Origin: Euprymna scolopes
Taxonomy: Eukaryota
DNA: 64,000 nucleotides
Direction: 5' to 3' (one strand)
Assembly (NCBI GenBank): GCA_053919585.1
Contig: CM132802.1
The notes beneath the pieces are model-generated. The model was not told the DNA's origin. It made no database searches and worked only from the letters and a program-made list of their open reading frames with translations. Below are positions 37,962 to 50,930 of this stretch, piece by piece; positions within the stretch are counted from its first letter, which is position 1, and each line of letters opens with the position of its first letter. The position numbers and the translations under genes are program-made.

Positions 37962-38785
37962 ATATTCCTATATCAATAAAAAGAAAGTCAATATTAATTT
38001 ACTCAATTAACTAAGCTTCATAATTATATGAGTACATAGAACAAATTACCATTATCACTCCTAAGACCCGACTTAAACAACAGGTTCATAAAAAAGTAAA
38101 TAATTCAGTAACATGCTGTCAGTGAAATGTAAGTTGTGTTGGTAGTGTTGGATAACCCTAAAATTTGATAGAGGTAATTAAGATAGTGTAATAAGAGAGT
38201 AGTAGACCATATACTTAACATACAAAAACAAATTAAATATAAACAGAATAAATGTAATAGAATTAAATGTAATAATTGTTAGTGGTACTAAACTAACACC
38301 TGACGCATTTCAATAACACAAAAAAGAAATAAAAACTTAGGTAATTGCAATGGTTCCCAGGTTTTACATTAATATGTTTATTTTCANNNNNNNNNNNNNN
38401 NNNNNNNNNNNNNNNNNNNNNNNNNNNNNNNNNNNNNNNNNNNNNNNNNNNNNNNNNNNNNNNNNNNNNNNNNNNNNNNNNNNNNNNNNNNNNNNNNNNN
38501 NNNNNNNNNNNNNNNNNNNNNNNNNNNNNNNNNNNNNNNNNNNNNNNNNNNNNNNNNNNNNNNNNNNNNNNNNNNNNNNNNNNNNNNNNNNNNNNNNNNN
38601 NNNNNNNNNNNNNNNNNNNNNNNNNNNNNNNNNNNNNNNNNNNNNNNNNNNNNNNNNNNNNNNNNNNNNNNNNNNNNNNNNNNNNNNNNNNNNNNNNNNN
38701 NNNNNNNNNNNNNNNNNNNNNNNNNNNNNNNNNNNNNNNNNNNNNNNNNNNNNNNNNNNNNNNNNNNNNNNNNNNNNNNNNNNNT

Positions 38786-39010
38786 TAGGCGGAAGTTTCT
38801 CGAGAGTTCTAAAGAGTTCTATTGGGGAAATTATTTAATGTGCCAACGTACGGGGACATTAATTAAATTTAATTAATGTCCCCATACGTTGGCACATTAA
38901 ATAAGTTCCCCAATAGAACTCTTTACTTTCGTTACAATATTATTTAGATTGCTATCGATTTACTGCTGACGAGATGATAGCCGAAAGAGCTCTCGAGAAA
39001 TTTCCGCCTA
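38786..39010. repeat. Nested palindrome (57-bp arms at 38811-38924, outer 25-bp arms) with a decayed hammerhead core
   Basis: Spacer-free inverted repeat with 2 mismatches; CTGACGA...GAAA-GAGCTC-TC at 38966-38994. Confidence 0.85.
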
Positions 39011-39052
39011 GTATTTTATTTAAAACCATATACAAATGCTGTACCTCTAAAC

Positions 39053-39127
<75 letters not shown>

Positions 39128-39944
39128 CGTAACAGGTTTTAAATAAATTGCATGGTGGTTATATGCGGTAATCGAAGCCGTTAATCTATTTTATTGGATT
39201 AATCTCTTTATTTTTAGATACTCGGTCTTTAAAGCCGGGTTTTGATTTTTTTCTTTAAATCGGTAATGCCTCTGTGTCAATGGAATCATGATAAATTGTC
39301 AAAATCAGAAGGGCATATATTTTTAAATGAATTATTTTAGGTCTTGCAAAAAATCAAACGCTTTATTGATTTCGTTTAACATTAACTGANNNNNNNNNNN
39401 NNNNNNNNNNNNNNNNNNNNNNNNNNNNNNNNNNNNNNNNNNNNNNNNNNNNNNNNNNNNNNNNNNNNNNNNNNNNNNNNNNNNNNNNNNNNNNNNNNNN
39501 NNNNNNNNNNNNNNNNNNNNNNNNNAAGAAAATCTATATTTCCAATTTCAAGATATTTCCACTTTACAATTTGTTATTTCAGCATGTTAAAATGTTTAAT
39601 TTTGGACAAAACCTGTTTTGTAGGGAGAATCATACATGCAATTGATATTCAATTTAAAAAAAAATTTATTCCGTGTTTACTCATCAGAAGAATAGAAATT
39701 CATCCATTTAAAAAAAGTTAGGAATATGGGCATTATTACAAACTCAAAGAATTGGTAGGGAAGTTTCAAGTGTCTTTTCTTTTAATTACGCCACCTTCGA
39801 AAATTCAAAGATGGCGGAAGTTAAAAACAGTTTTCATTTATTTGTAAAGCTCTGTAGTTAAAACAAGCTTCATAATTAAAAATATTTGTATACATAAAAT
39901 GTGAAATATAATTGAAAACACATATTGTTCCCAAAAACATATAT

Positions 39945-40008
<64 letters not shown>

Positions 40009-40020
40009 TAATTTATAAAA

Positions 40021-40250
40021 TATATATGGCGATTAAGCTACACCGAATATTCGGCGTTTCATCCATTCTAGGATTAGAGTGGATGAAACGCCGAATATTC
40101 AGTGTAGCTTAATCGCCATATATATTGTATAGATTACTAACTAGCTCTACCTACGTATTGAGCACTTTTTAAGTAAATACTTAAAGTTTACGCATAATTC
40201 TATACTTTCGTATATTAATTTTCTGTGAGTAAATGAAGTAGTTATATGCG
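40021..40250. repeat. Palindrome (50-bp arms, 40021-40124) in a repeat family also found at 63595-63823
   Basis: Arms differ at 2 positions. 40100-40250 is the reverse complement of about 63595-63780. Confidence 0.9.
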
Positions 40251-40264
40251 TATATATATATATA

Positions 40265-40319
<55 letters not shown>

Positions 40320-40979
40320 AATGTGTATTCAGTAAAGATCAGTAAGATGATGTAGGAAATCTCAAATGTGACAGCGAATGCGGAGAAGAGCATACATAAG
40401 GATAATAGAAAACATTCAACACAAATGTAGTTCAATCCCATTAAAATTTATTTTTTTAGCCAGTGCAGGTCTTATCAGATGAAGTGAACTCTATAAAGCT
40501 AAAAAAAATGGTCATTAAACAACCGGTTGAAATCTCACTCTGTCTCTTATTTTCTTTTGTATATATTTTCTCCAAATGTCTGTGTGTTTTTTTTTCTGCG
40601 TTTTGAATATTTATATTAATTTATTTTTGTTTTTTTAATATTTTTATTCATCATTATTTTTTCTATATTTTCTATAGAAATTCTTGCATTTTATTACATG
40701 ATTTCTATGCACATTTCTTCAGTTTCCTCAAATTTCTGACTCATTTTATATAATTTTAATTGCGTGTTCCTTTGTGGTTTACACCCGTTTATTGTAAACT
40801 CCAACTCCCACTTTTCTCCCACCACACAACTGGCTTCACGTTTCTCTAGTTTAGTGCCATTTCTTATTCGGATTGTTTTTTTCTCTTTCAATCGATATTT
40901 TATCTCCCTTTCCCTACTCCCCAATATATCATCTACAGACTTGACTTGTTCGTCTCGTCTGCGTAAGTCCGCACTGCAT

Positions 40980-41054
<75 letters not shown>

Positions 41055-41062
41055 TTAGTTAT

Positions 41063-41106
41063 CGACACACAGTCCTGTTTCGTTGTATCACAACTCATCA
41101 GTGCCG
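41063..41106 (-). ncRNA. Type I hammerhead ribozyme (cleavage triplet mutated to GUG) in a SINE-like element extending to ~41245
   Basis: Minus strand: CGGCA-CTGATGA-GTTGT gat ACAAC-GAAA-CAG ga CTG-TG-TGTCG. Confidence 0.8.
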
Positions 41107-41242
41107 TTAGATTAGCACTTCTCTCAAGCCGAAGATGGAACTATATCGCGTTGACAGTCAGCAGTTCTCCCGATCGACCCTAGGGGGCAGCGTCCGTAAA
41201 TAATCTCGCCAAATGCCTATTTAAACAAACACCCGTCCACCA

Positions 41243-41319
<77 letters not shown>

Positions 41320-41324
<5 letters not shown>

Positions 41325-42520
41325 GTACCTGTCGTTGCCCAATTTTTAAAAAATTAGGATTAAAAAATGGATTCTGATTTATAAATGTATGGAATAGTTT
41401 GAACAGGTGGGGGGGAATATAGCTTTAAGCATTTGTCCTTTCAAAACCAAAGCAACCCTCTAAAAACATATGGATTCAATAGTGGAAATCTTTCCTTGCA
41501 CAAACCTTTGCATTCTATTTATGGTTCGTCATTATAAGTCTTCCAATGTGTCCTGACACCCGTTGGTTTTAGTGAGCGATCTTGAAAACATTTCCTTTCT
41601 ATGGTCGAATTATTATTGCAAATTTGGTAGATTTATACCAAAGAGCGTTAACGTGTAGAGGGTTTGCATTCATAAGTGGAACTGCAGCGGCCTCAACACT
41701 AATTTGTTAAACATGGAAAAGAAAAAGGCAAGATATTCTTGTTGATGTAATAGCGAATTCAAGAAATTCGATGAATGAACACCAAATAAATTGAAGCATA
41801 ATTTTCTTCACACATCTTCCCATTGTGTAAAGATTGAATATTCCTTTCATGTCATTAAAGAGAAGCCTATTGTTAACTAACATCACATCTCTAGCGTCAT
41901 TTTTATATCATGTCATTTTATGTAACGCGTATCCTTTATTATCACCTATAAGGCTTTGCTTGCATACATCATTATGTACATAAGTATGAAAGACTCTTGA
42001 TTTCCTCAGCGGGGATTCTGTTATGCTGGCTAGCAATCACATGCTTTTCCTGAAAATAAACTTTCAACTCTTAATTCTGGGATTATATGGTCAATTCTGG
42101 CAGTAGAATAGCTGGCCTTAATATAGCATTCACAATGTATTTCGTCTACTTATATGGACACTTTTAGAATAACTATATATGTTTTCTTAATTTTTCCATC
42201 ATCATTTATTTAATGTAATATGAATTCTGTTAAATCTTAAGCTAACTTCAAACAATCTGTTTGGTAAGAGTAACACGGGATAATGTTCGATTGCGCTTGT
42301 ATATTATGATAGCATGTAGATCCGATGTCGTCCGGCTTTTAATGAGGATAAATAATGATCCAGCCTCAGATATTTATATTGTCATCGAAATCGGTGAAAT
42401 TGTCTATTTTTTAACCAAACGGTTAATTACCTGTTCTAGTTAGATGTCCTGCAGTGTTTAATAAGGAAACGCCACATGCTTTTTTGCAGTGGCGTAGTTT
42501 AGAATACATCATAGTCTAAA
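41320..42520 (-). mobile_element. Possible highly decayed Helitron (PIF1 helicase region)
   Basis: Helitron-like 3' end signature (TAGAAGTACCTGTCGTTGCCC on +) and faint helicase-like peptides (ELRVESLFSGK, AGR). Weak. Confidence 0.35.
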
Positions 42521-43060
42521 ATTGCTTGAAGAAAACCTAGTATTGATTTCATAAAATTATATGTAAATAATGACCTAAGTATCATGCATCAATTGTGTTC
42601 TAAACATAAACATTCATTATGAACGCGCGGATGTTTTACAGAAAACTCATAAGCTCAGTCTTGTATCTTGGGTGCGATAAATCTTCAATGCATTGTGATG
42701 TCAAGGTTGCGTAAAAGTTCAAATTTTGATCAAAAACGGACTTTCATACGGCAATAAAAATATTCTGATTATCGATTTTCCATATTTATGGAACGAATTC
42801 CGATAAAAAAAAACTACTTAACAGCTCTCCCAGAAACATCAAGTACCTTCCTGCGAAAATAAAGAAAAAACGAAACAGCCGTTTCCGAATATCTAGGGAA
42901 TGGACTCACATACACCAAATGTATTTCATATAATATTATAGATAGAAAATATACAAATATGTTTATTGATTTCTCATGTGACTTGAGAACTACATTTAAT
43001 TTTAGTTGCAATGCATGTGTCGATTCTAATGTATAAACAAGTAATACATTGTCCCAATAG

Positions 43061-46000
43061 TAGTGCAGGTCGATTTTGGGGGTCCGGTGAGGCAATGGTG
43101 ATGATAGTTGGGGTTTGACATAGAAAAGACCTACACGAAATATTTTTCTCAAAACCGTTATCTTTGCTTCAGGAAATGACTCTAAAAGTTAAAAATGGAA
43201 GCGATTAAAAGTTTTTTCGGGGAATTGTTAAGAACGTCCCGTCACGAAAACAATCCGTACCGCTAAGAAAATGCAATCATTATTTAGAATATGCTTTAAA
43301 CTACATTTTTAAATAAAACGAGTGAGGATAATGAATTTTTTTTTTTTAAATAATAACGACCAAAGTTCGCTTTTTTCATTTCAGGAACATTTTTGTAGAA
43401 ACATTTTAGATTTCACCGTCGCAAAATACGCCGTTATTGATATTGAAAATTAACGTTTATTTAATATTTAATTTGAAAACATTACGATTTAGGCTAAATT
43501 ATTTCACAAGGAAAACGAAAAAAACTTTTTTAACATATATATTATTATATTTCAAGTTTCTGCAGTGAATTTAACATATTTGTTTTATCTTTTTTAATTT
43601 GTTTTTCTATTAGGTTGGTGCAAAAATAATGGCATTTTTTTACGTTCAAATGAACATAAAAACCTTATTGTTGCACAAACCTAGTATTTCACATCAAATT
43701 CTATTTGAAATTTTTATTAAAATATGATAATACTCCAGTTTAATATTAAAAAATAGTCCATACATTTTTATTCTACACATTCTTTACGAAACATAACCAT
43801 GTACATTTTCAAGTTTTTTACATTAATAAAAAATACTTTGCAGAAAATTAGTGTTAAATTTTAATTTCTTTTATTTTTAGGGAGTAATTGTTTTAAGCAG
43901 TGTTTTTCCTCTAAAATCATAGTTTTAAAATCAGATAGCCCACAGAGATTAATACGAGTAAATAAGAAAACTCCTTTAAAGGTTTCCCGTTATTTGTGCA
44001 TCTGTTATTGTGCAAAAATAACTTTGTTATTTAGAACGCCATTCTAAATATGGGAAGGAAGTTGTATTTTAACAATTCTGTCCTTTCACCTAAAAATTTA
44101 ATAAACAAAAATTTCATAAAAATTAAATTAAACTTGAAAATACTATTACAATAGCATAGTAACATGGATGAACAAGCACTGGTTTTTCAAACTCTAAACA
44201 CTAAACACTCGTTTAAAATGTCACAGCTACAGCAAGAATATAGATATATTCATGTTATCGAAGAAGGGGCTAAAATCTGCTTAAATGTCTAAACTAAACA
44301 GGACTGTGCCTCTGATTTGGTTTGGTCCTCTCCCTTCAATACATCTAATTAAACTCTACAAAGTTTATCATTATTACTTATAAGTAGTACTTATTTCTTT
44401 ACGTATGAAACTGGAAGATAGCCTAAAATAGGTTCCTTCAGTTATAATCCATTTATTTTACTTTTCAGATTAGAATGTCAGTAAAAGCACGACGTTCAGT
44501 TTTAACCTGTGGTTTACAAAATTTGCTGGTCCACCTTGTCATGTTGACGAAACATCACCCCCCAACTTCACGTCAAGTCATCCAGTTTAGTTATTTCCTC
44601 GAAAAAAGTTATCCCCACTTAAAAAATAGTGAGATTTCTAAGTTAATTGCCAAGGAAATAATTAGTATTCGGCACGCGGTCAATGTACAATTGCCCTTGT
44701 TAAGGTAATATTTTATAGGACAGAAGGTAAATATATTTTGCTATAGGAGGGCAAAAGAAATTGACAGGAAATCTCTTGCAGCAATCCAAGTGGAGAGAAT
44801 GAAGGAACAGCTAGACAGACTGTTTGATATATCTTCTTGTAGCTGAAAACTTTCTGTTTTGAGATGTGATGACTCTGCAGTAAAGTGCAAGACAGAAAAT
44901 TTTCAAACAAGGCACATAATCTGCATTTGTCTTCTTGACAAGGAGATAAAATTAATTCTATAATTATGTTCTTTTTTGTGGAAAATAAAAAAGTATATTG
45001 GTAGTTATCATGTAATCTGGCTCTATATTTAAACATGCAAATTTTCCAATTTTCAGGTTCCACTAGAAGAACTGCCATTTACAGCAATTGTTAAATTAAT
45101 TGATGGAACAACAAAAAGCCTAACGACATTTACTGGTCCTTTGGGGAAACTTTGTATCAATAATTATCAATATTTGCCTCAAGTAGAATTCTAAAAATTT
45201 AGCGTCCCTCCCCATCATCATTATCTGCCAGAAGAAGAAACAAATAATTTAAGTGTGAAGACTAGAGGCGACTTTTTGAGTTTACCGTTGTCATTTCTTG
45301 TGGAGAAGTTAACTTAGAAAATTGGGCCCTTGAATCAAGGAAGATGGCTAATATATGTGTTTATGTACCAGAGTTGTCTATCCTCAAACACTATGACAAA
45401 TTAAACATTTTGGTCAAATTTATCATCCAACTGAATGCAATTAGTTGGTTTGAGATCAAAACCGACAATATTTTTTTAAAAGCAACAACAGTATATTTTA
45501 ATATGATTAAGAGAAAAAAACAGTTAACTAAAATCCAAATTACTGTTTTAAACTGTGCAAAATATAGTGCTTTTTCACCACTTCCGGAACATATAATATC
45601 GATGATAAACTCAGATGAATTGGATGTGAGAGAAGAGGACATTCAAACGATTTTGTCCATTAGGTAAATAAATATTTATCCATTAAATTTTATTAGTTTT
45701 CTTACTTTACCCAAGCAATAGTTAGTTTTATTTCTATTATATCGCAAAATATTTAAAAATAAGTGTTTTCAAATAATTGTTTTTTTGTGATGTTTTTTTC
45801 CAGAAATAGTGAAAAACTGAAAAAAAAAATTAAAAGATTACTGCTATCAATTTTGCAGCCACAAACTGGTCAAATTTGACTGAGTTTTCTCAAAAAGTTG
45901 TATATGGAGAGGAAGCAAACATAGACACATTATTACACAGTCATCGTGCCAGCAAATTAGAGCTTTATTTTCTCAAAAGAACAAATTAGTTCTATTATAA

Positions 46001-46453
46001 GTTTATATTATTGCCACTAATAAAAAAAATAAAATACATGGTTCTGTAACTTGTATAAAGTAAATATATTGTGTAATATATCTCCACATATCTTTTTTAA
46101 TTGTGACATTTAAAAGACTTAGTTGCTAATTAGCATTTTTTACAATTTTTGGTTAATCAATGCAGTAAAAGGTGAGATATTTTGCTAATTGTGATTCAAA
46201 ATTAACATTATAATTCATGTATTTACTTTTCTATCAATGTATTTCATATAAATATATCAATTTTAATTGAATATTTTATAAACATGAAGGATTTTTCACT
46301 ATTTTTCTACACGATTTTTAAAATTAAATGCTCAATTTTCTGTTCAAAATGGCAATCTAATTTTTGGTATATGTTCTTATCACATCAAATCCCAACTATC
46401 ATCACCAGTGCCATGTTGATTTTCTGAAAAAAGTTGCAAATCGACCTGCCCTA
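43061..46453 (+). mobile_element. 3.4-kb TIR DNA transposon with a decayed, intron-containing hAT-related transposase
   Basis: TIRs TAGTGCAGGTCGATTT and AAATCGACCTGCCCTA plus subterminal TGGTGATGATAGTTGGG and CCCAACTATCATCACCA. Peptides EELPFTAIVKLIDGTTKSLTTFTGPLGKLC, GPLNQGRWL, LVKFIIQLNAISWFEIK and AINFAATNW. Confidence 0.8.
43610..43684. mobile_element. ~75-bp mariner MITE (MADE1-like)
   Basis: TA-TTAGGTTGGTGCAAAAATAA...TTATTGTTGCACAAACCTAG-TA. Confidence 0.8.
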
Positions 46454-47478
46454 TTTTCCCAATAGATATTGACAATTTCATACGATATAATTTATCTTTA
46501 ACCAGAAAATTAGCAACTAAATATATATTGTCTAATCTAAAAATGTTTATTTCAAGTATATGGCAACTTATGATGTAGAAATATTGAAAACGACAGCTAA
46601 CCTCATTACACTATTTTCAAAACGATCTTCATATGTGTAAGGTAAGTCAGGATATACTCATTGTTCAGCTTCATATTTATGTTTTTATGAGTTAATATGA
46701 ATTTGTGACATCTACATTGTTCAATATGGGCATTTGCGTTCCAGTATTGATACGCATCTCCATTGTATCAGTTCTGCTCAAGTCCTTATCCTCCATAATG
46801 ACCAAATCTTTATTACACTCCAGCAACCTTAATTTTCAAGTACAATTATACCCGGGGATCTCATTCAATCAGGTATCCTAATCTCGGTAATGTTACCAGC
46901 CACACTACACTTAGCAATTTAGCAGCCCCTTCTCAAGGAGACTATTTGTTGGTGTTGTTCATTATGAGCAAATCTGACTATTTTGTTGCTGCTGTTCAGC
47001 GTTTACAGTTTCTATGGATATGTCGAGGGTAAATTGGACGATTCACAGAATCTCTATGCCTACAACTGAGAATACTAAAATCATACACGCTCACCTGACA
47101 GATAAAATCTTTTGCTGTCTTAAAATGTTTCACTCCAAAGAATATTGATTCTTCTAAAGAGATTAGTGTATATCTCTCTTGTGAACAGGCTTATGATTAA
47201 TTCCTATAAAATATACATATCTCCAAGAGGAGACAGAACATATTTCATCGGATCGACTCGAAGCTATCGGGCTCAGATTATGTTATTTCCTGTGAATCGC
47301 GACAGATATATGTAAAAAGCGAAACAAAACTTTTACATCCTAATGAAGTAAAGCTGAGAGAGGAATTTGTGAGATAATCTGCCAGTAATATATACTGCTT
47401 AAGAACTATTATGAAACGGAATAATACGTTATAAGTTACAACTTACATGTGTGAGAAGAAAATAATTAAGACGAAATC

Positions 47479-47529
<51 letters not shown>

Positions 47530-47896
47530 TAATTTACTTTAAGACATAAGGCATAGTGCTTATTTATAGGAAAATCTGACAAGAAGACCCTATTATTTAT
47601 GTTTTGTTTAGAGAAAGGTTATTAAAGCCAGAGGTACACTCGGTTTCAAACCCAAGAATTAAGGACCGTTTTAGGTACGCATATAAAGCTTGATAGATTA
47701 AGCTACAATTGTCCGTAATTATCCGGTCTCAAACCGCTGCTACCAATGACTTATCGCATCTAAAACTCGCTGTAAACAAAATATCAAAAATAAATTTCAG
47801 ATTTTCTTTTAAATAAGCCAAACCCATGATTCTTTATTTTTTAAAACTAATCATATATATAAAACCATATATACACACAAACACACATATATATAC

Positions 47897-47962
<66 letters not shown>

Positions 47963-48199
47963 CGTAACATTGGTTTGAAAATTCAAAGATTAACCTTTTC
48001 TTTTTTTATAACCGTCTTTTATTTCCTGTATTTTTACATTAAAGCTGTTTCATTAGTGGGTAGGCNNNNNNNNNNNNNNNNNNNNNNNNNNNNNNNNNNN
48101 NNNNNNNNNNNNNNNNNNNNNNNNNNNNNNNNNNNNNNNNNNNNNNNNNNNNNNNNNNNNNNNNNNNNNNNNNNNNNNNNNNNNNNNNNNNNNNNNNNN

Positions 48200-50345
48200 C
48201 TTTAAAAAGGATGCGCCCTCTATAGTATCAGCTCTGACCGAATGGTTAATTGTAGGCATAGACCGATTCATACCACCCAAAAAACTCCAAAAAAACATAA
48301 CAGCCAGCTATGGTTCTACCCTGAATGTGCTGCTGCCATCGCGCCGCACAGAAATCACTTTTTTCCATAGCTACCAACGTAATAGATGTACTTAGACTAA
48401 AGCTGCTTTCTGGACTGTTAGCAACCACTGTAAAAGAGTAATAAAACATGCAAGAGAGTCTGTTAAATCCAAAGTAGCTGATCAGCGGCTTGGTTCCGAC
48501 CAGTTCTGGCAAATAGCAAAAAGGAGCTTAAACAGAAGTGTGCGTTCTATCCCAACTATCATCAATGGACCTGAGGTCATCTCGTCAGTATCAGACAAGG
48601 CCAGACTATTTTCCAAGAACTTTGCAGCTAATTCTAACCTATGCGACAATAACCATCAATCCCCGTATTTCCTCCTATAACAGACAACACGCTATGCAAC
48701 ATACAAATATCTGTACGTGATGTCGCCAAGCTAATCCAGACGCTTGATTCTAGTAAAGCAACTGGCCCTGATGGCATTCCAGTTATAGTGCTGAAAAAGC
48801 CCCAACCAGAACTTGCCCCCATACTTACAAAATTGTTTAAGCGTTGCCTTAAGAAGAAGTGGCATCCAACAACCTGGAAAACATCATCAGTATGCCCTGT
48901 ATTTAAGAATTCAGGTGAAAAGTCATCTCCCTCTCAGTACAGACCAATAAGTCTCCTGTGTGTCATGAGTAAGTTCTTGGAATCCATATTAAATAAAGAA
49001 GTAGTCAACCACCTCAACAGAAACAATCTTCTTAGTGGCATGCACTATGGTTTCCGCTCTGCAAGATCTACAGCAGATGTGCAAACGGTTATATCACATA
49101 GGATTAGTGAATCTCTTGACAAAGGTTGTTTTTGACATATCTAAGGCCTTTGATAAGGTATGGAATATAGGCATACTTCACAATATTTCCAGCTACGGTA
49201 TTACTGGAAATGTTTTCTAAATCATTAAATCATTTCTCTCTGGTAGGTGCAGAAGAGTTGATGGGCAGAAATTAGAGGCCAACAGTCGTAATGCTCGAGT
49301 CCCCCATGGGTCCATCCTGGACCCAACTCTCTTCCTGATCTACATCAATGATCTCCCAAAACACATACTTAAATCATTCGTTCACATCTATGCTGATGAG
49401 ACGACCATCTATGGCAACACAGCAAAGGCCGTAAATGACAAAGTTCTCTCTAATTCTCTCTTCTCTTATCTTGAGCGCGTGATACAATGGGGGAAGAGGT
49501 GGCTGGTCACTTTTAATGCATCCAAAACTAAGCTCCTATCTTTACATCATAAACGCTCTGATCCCCACCTGGCATCAATTGAAATGGATGGCTCTCGTCT
49601 TAGGGAGGCTCCATATTTTGACAAGCTTCGGAGTTTGAACTTTACTCCTGACGTGAAATGGAACACTTACATCAAATCTGTTGCCAGAAACGCTGGGAAA
49701 ATGGTGGGATCCTCCTACCGCTCCAGAATATATCTCAGTACTGATGCAATTCTCTATCTCTATAAAAGCCAAGTACGTTCTAGGATGGAGTACTGCTGCC
49801 ACATCTGGGCAGGAGCTGCTAAAAACAGCTTAACCTGCCTCGACAGAGTACAAAATAGACTTCGTGGTTTAGTGGGGGATGCTCTCTTCTCTTTCCTGCA
49901 ACCTCTCTCCCACAGAAGAGACGTTGCGAGCCTGTGTTTGTTTTATCGTTATTTCCATGGCAGGTGTTCGTCTGAGTTCCAATCCCTCGTCCCCCCTCGC
50001 CAGTCTTTCACGAGAAACACCCATCTGGCAGAAACTACTGGCAATAATATTCCCCCACTTTTTATCTGTACCTAAATCCAAACGTAGATTCCATTAGCAA
50101 AGCTTCTTTCTAAGAACTGCACGCCAGTGGAACTCTCTGCCGCTTGCCTGTTTCCCACCTTACTACAACGTGGACGTCTTCAAGTCCAACATAAACAAAC
50201 TCCTAACAAACCGCGCCCTTAAGTAAGACACTCTATCAAAACGCCCAATGCTAATGATCACTACAATACTATCTCATTGATTATTGTACACGCAATAACC
50301 CTTATCTCTGAGTGGCCTTCGGGCCTTGATAAGTGGTGACCCTCG
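48200..50345 (+). mobile_element. CR1-group LINE, decayed, with its 5' part lost in a gap
   Basis: PVFKNSGEKSSPSQYRPISLL, DISKAFDKVW, YADE and MEYCCHIWAGA motifs; 3' stem-loop followed by (TA)n. Confidence 0.92.
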
Positions 50346-50373
50346 TGTGTATATATATATATATATATGTGTG

Positions 50374-50435
<62 letters not shown>

Positions 50436-50856
50436 AATGTGATTGATAATTTAAAATTTAAAAATCAAATTATAATTAAATAAAAAATCCGTTTCATAAG
50501 AAGGAACAAGAACAAAATCAATTATCTGTACGATCGTTTCGGAAAACAGTGCTTTTTATTGTGGTAGACATCAAGTTACGGACAATAATTATTACATACA
50601 GTTTTTTTAATAAGCAAGGTCTCCTCGTCAGCAAATTTTGAAGGGGTTTTATTAAATTTAAAAGACACCATAAATAAACCTAGCATTAAAAGTAAGGCAG
50701 ATGTATCTGAAAAAAAAATTGAAATAAAAGGTGTGGATTTAAAATTGATAAGAAAATTAATATGGGTTAGAGATAGAAAAGAAATAGAGTAAAATATAGA
50801 TTGGTATTTAAATTATAAATTTGCTTTAAGTACAACATTACACATATATACATTTA

Positions 50857-50930
<74 letters not shown>

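Noticed and set aside
50525-50545. Hammerhead 3' half on the minus strand (GAAA-CGATCG-TA)
   Set aside because: No core or stem II upstream.
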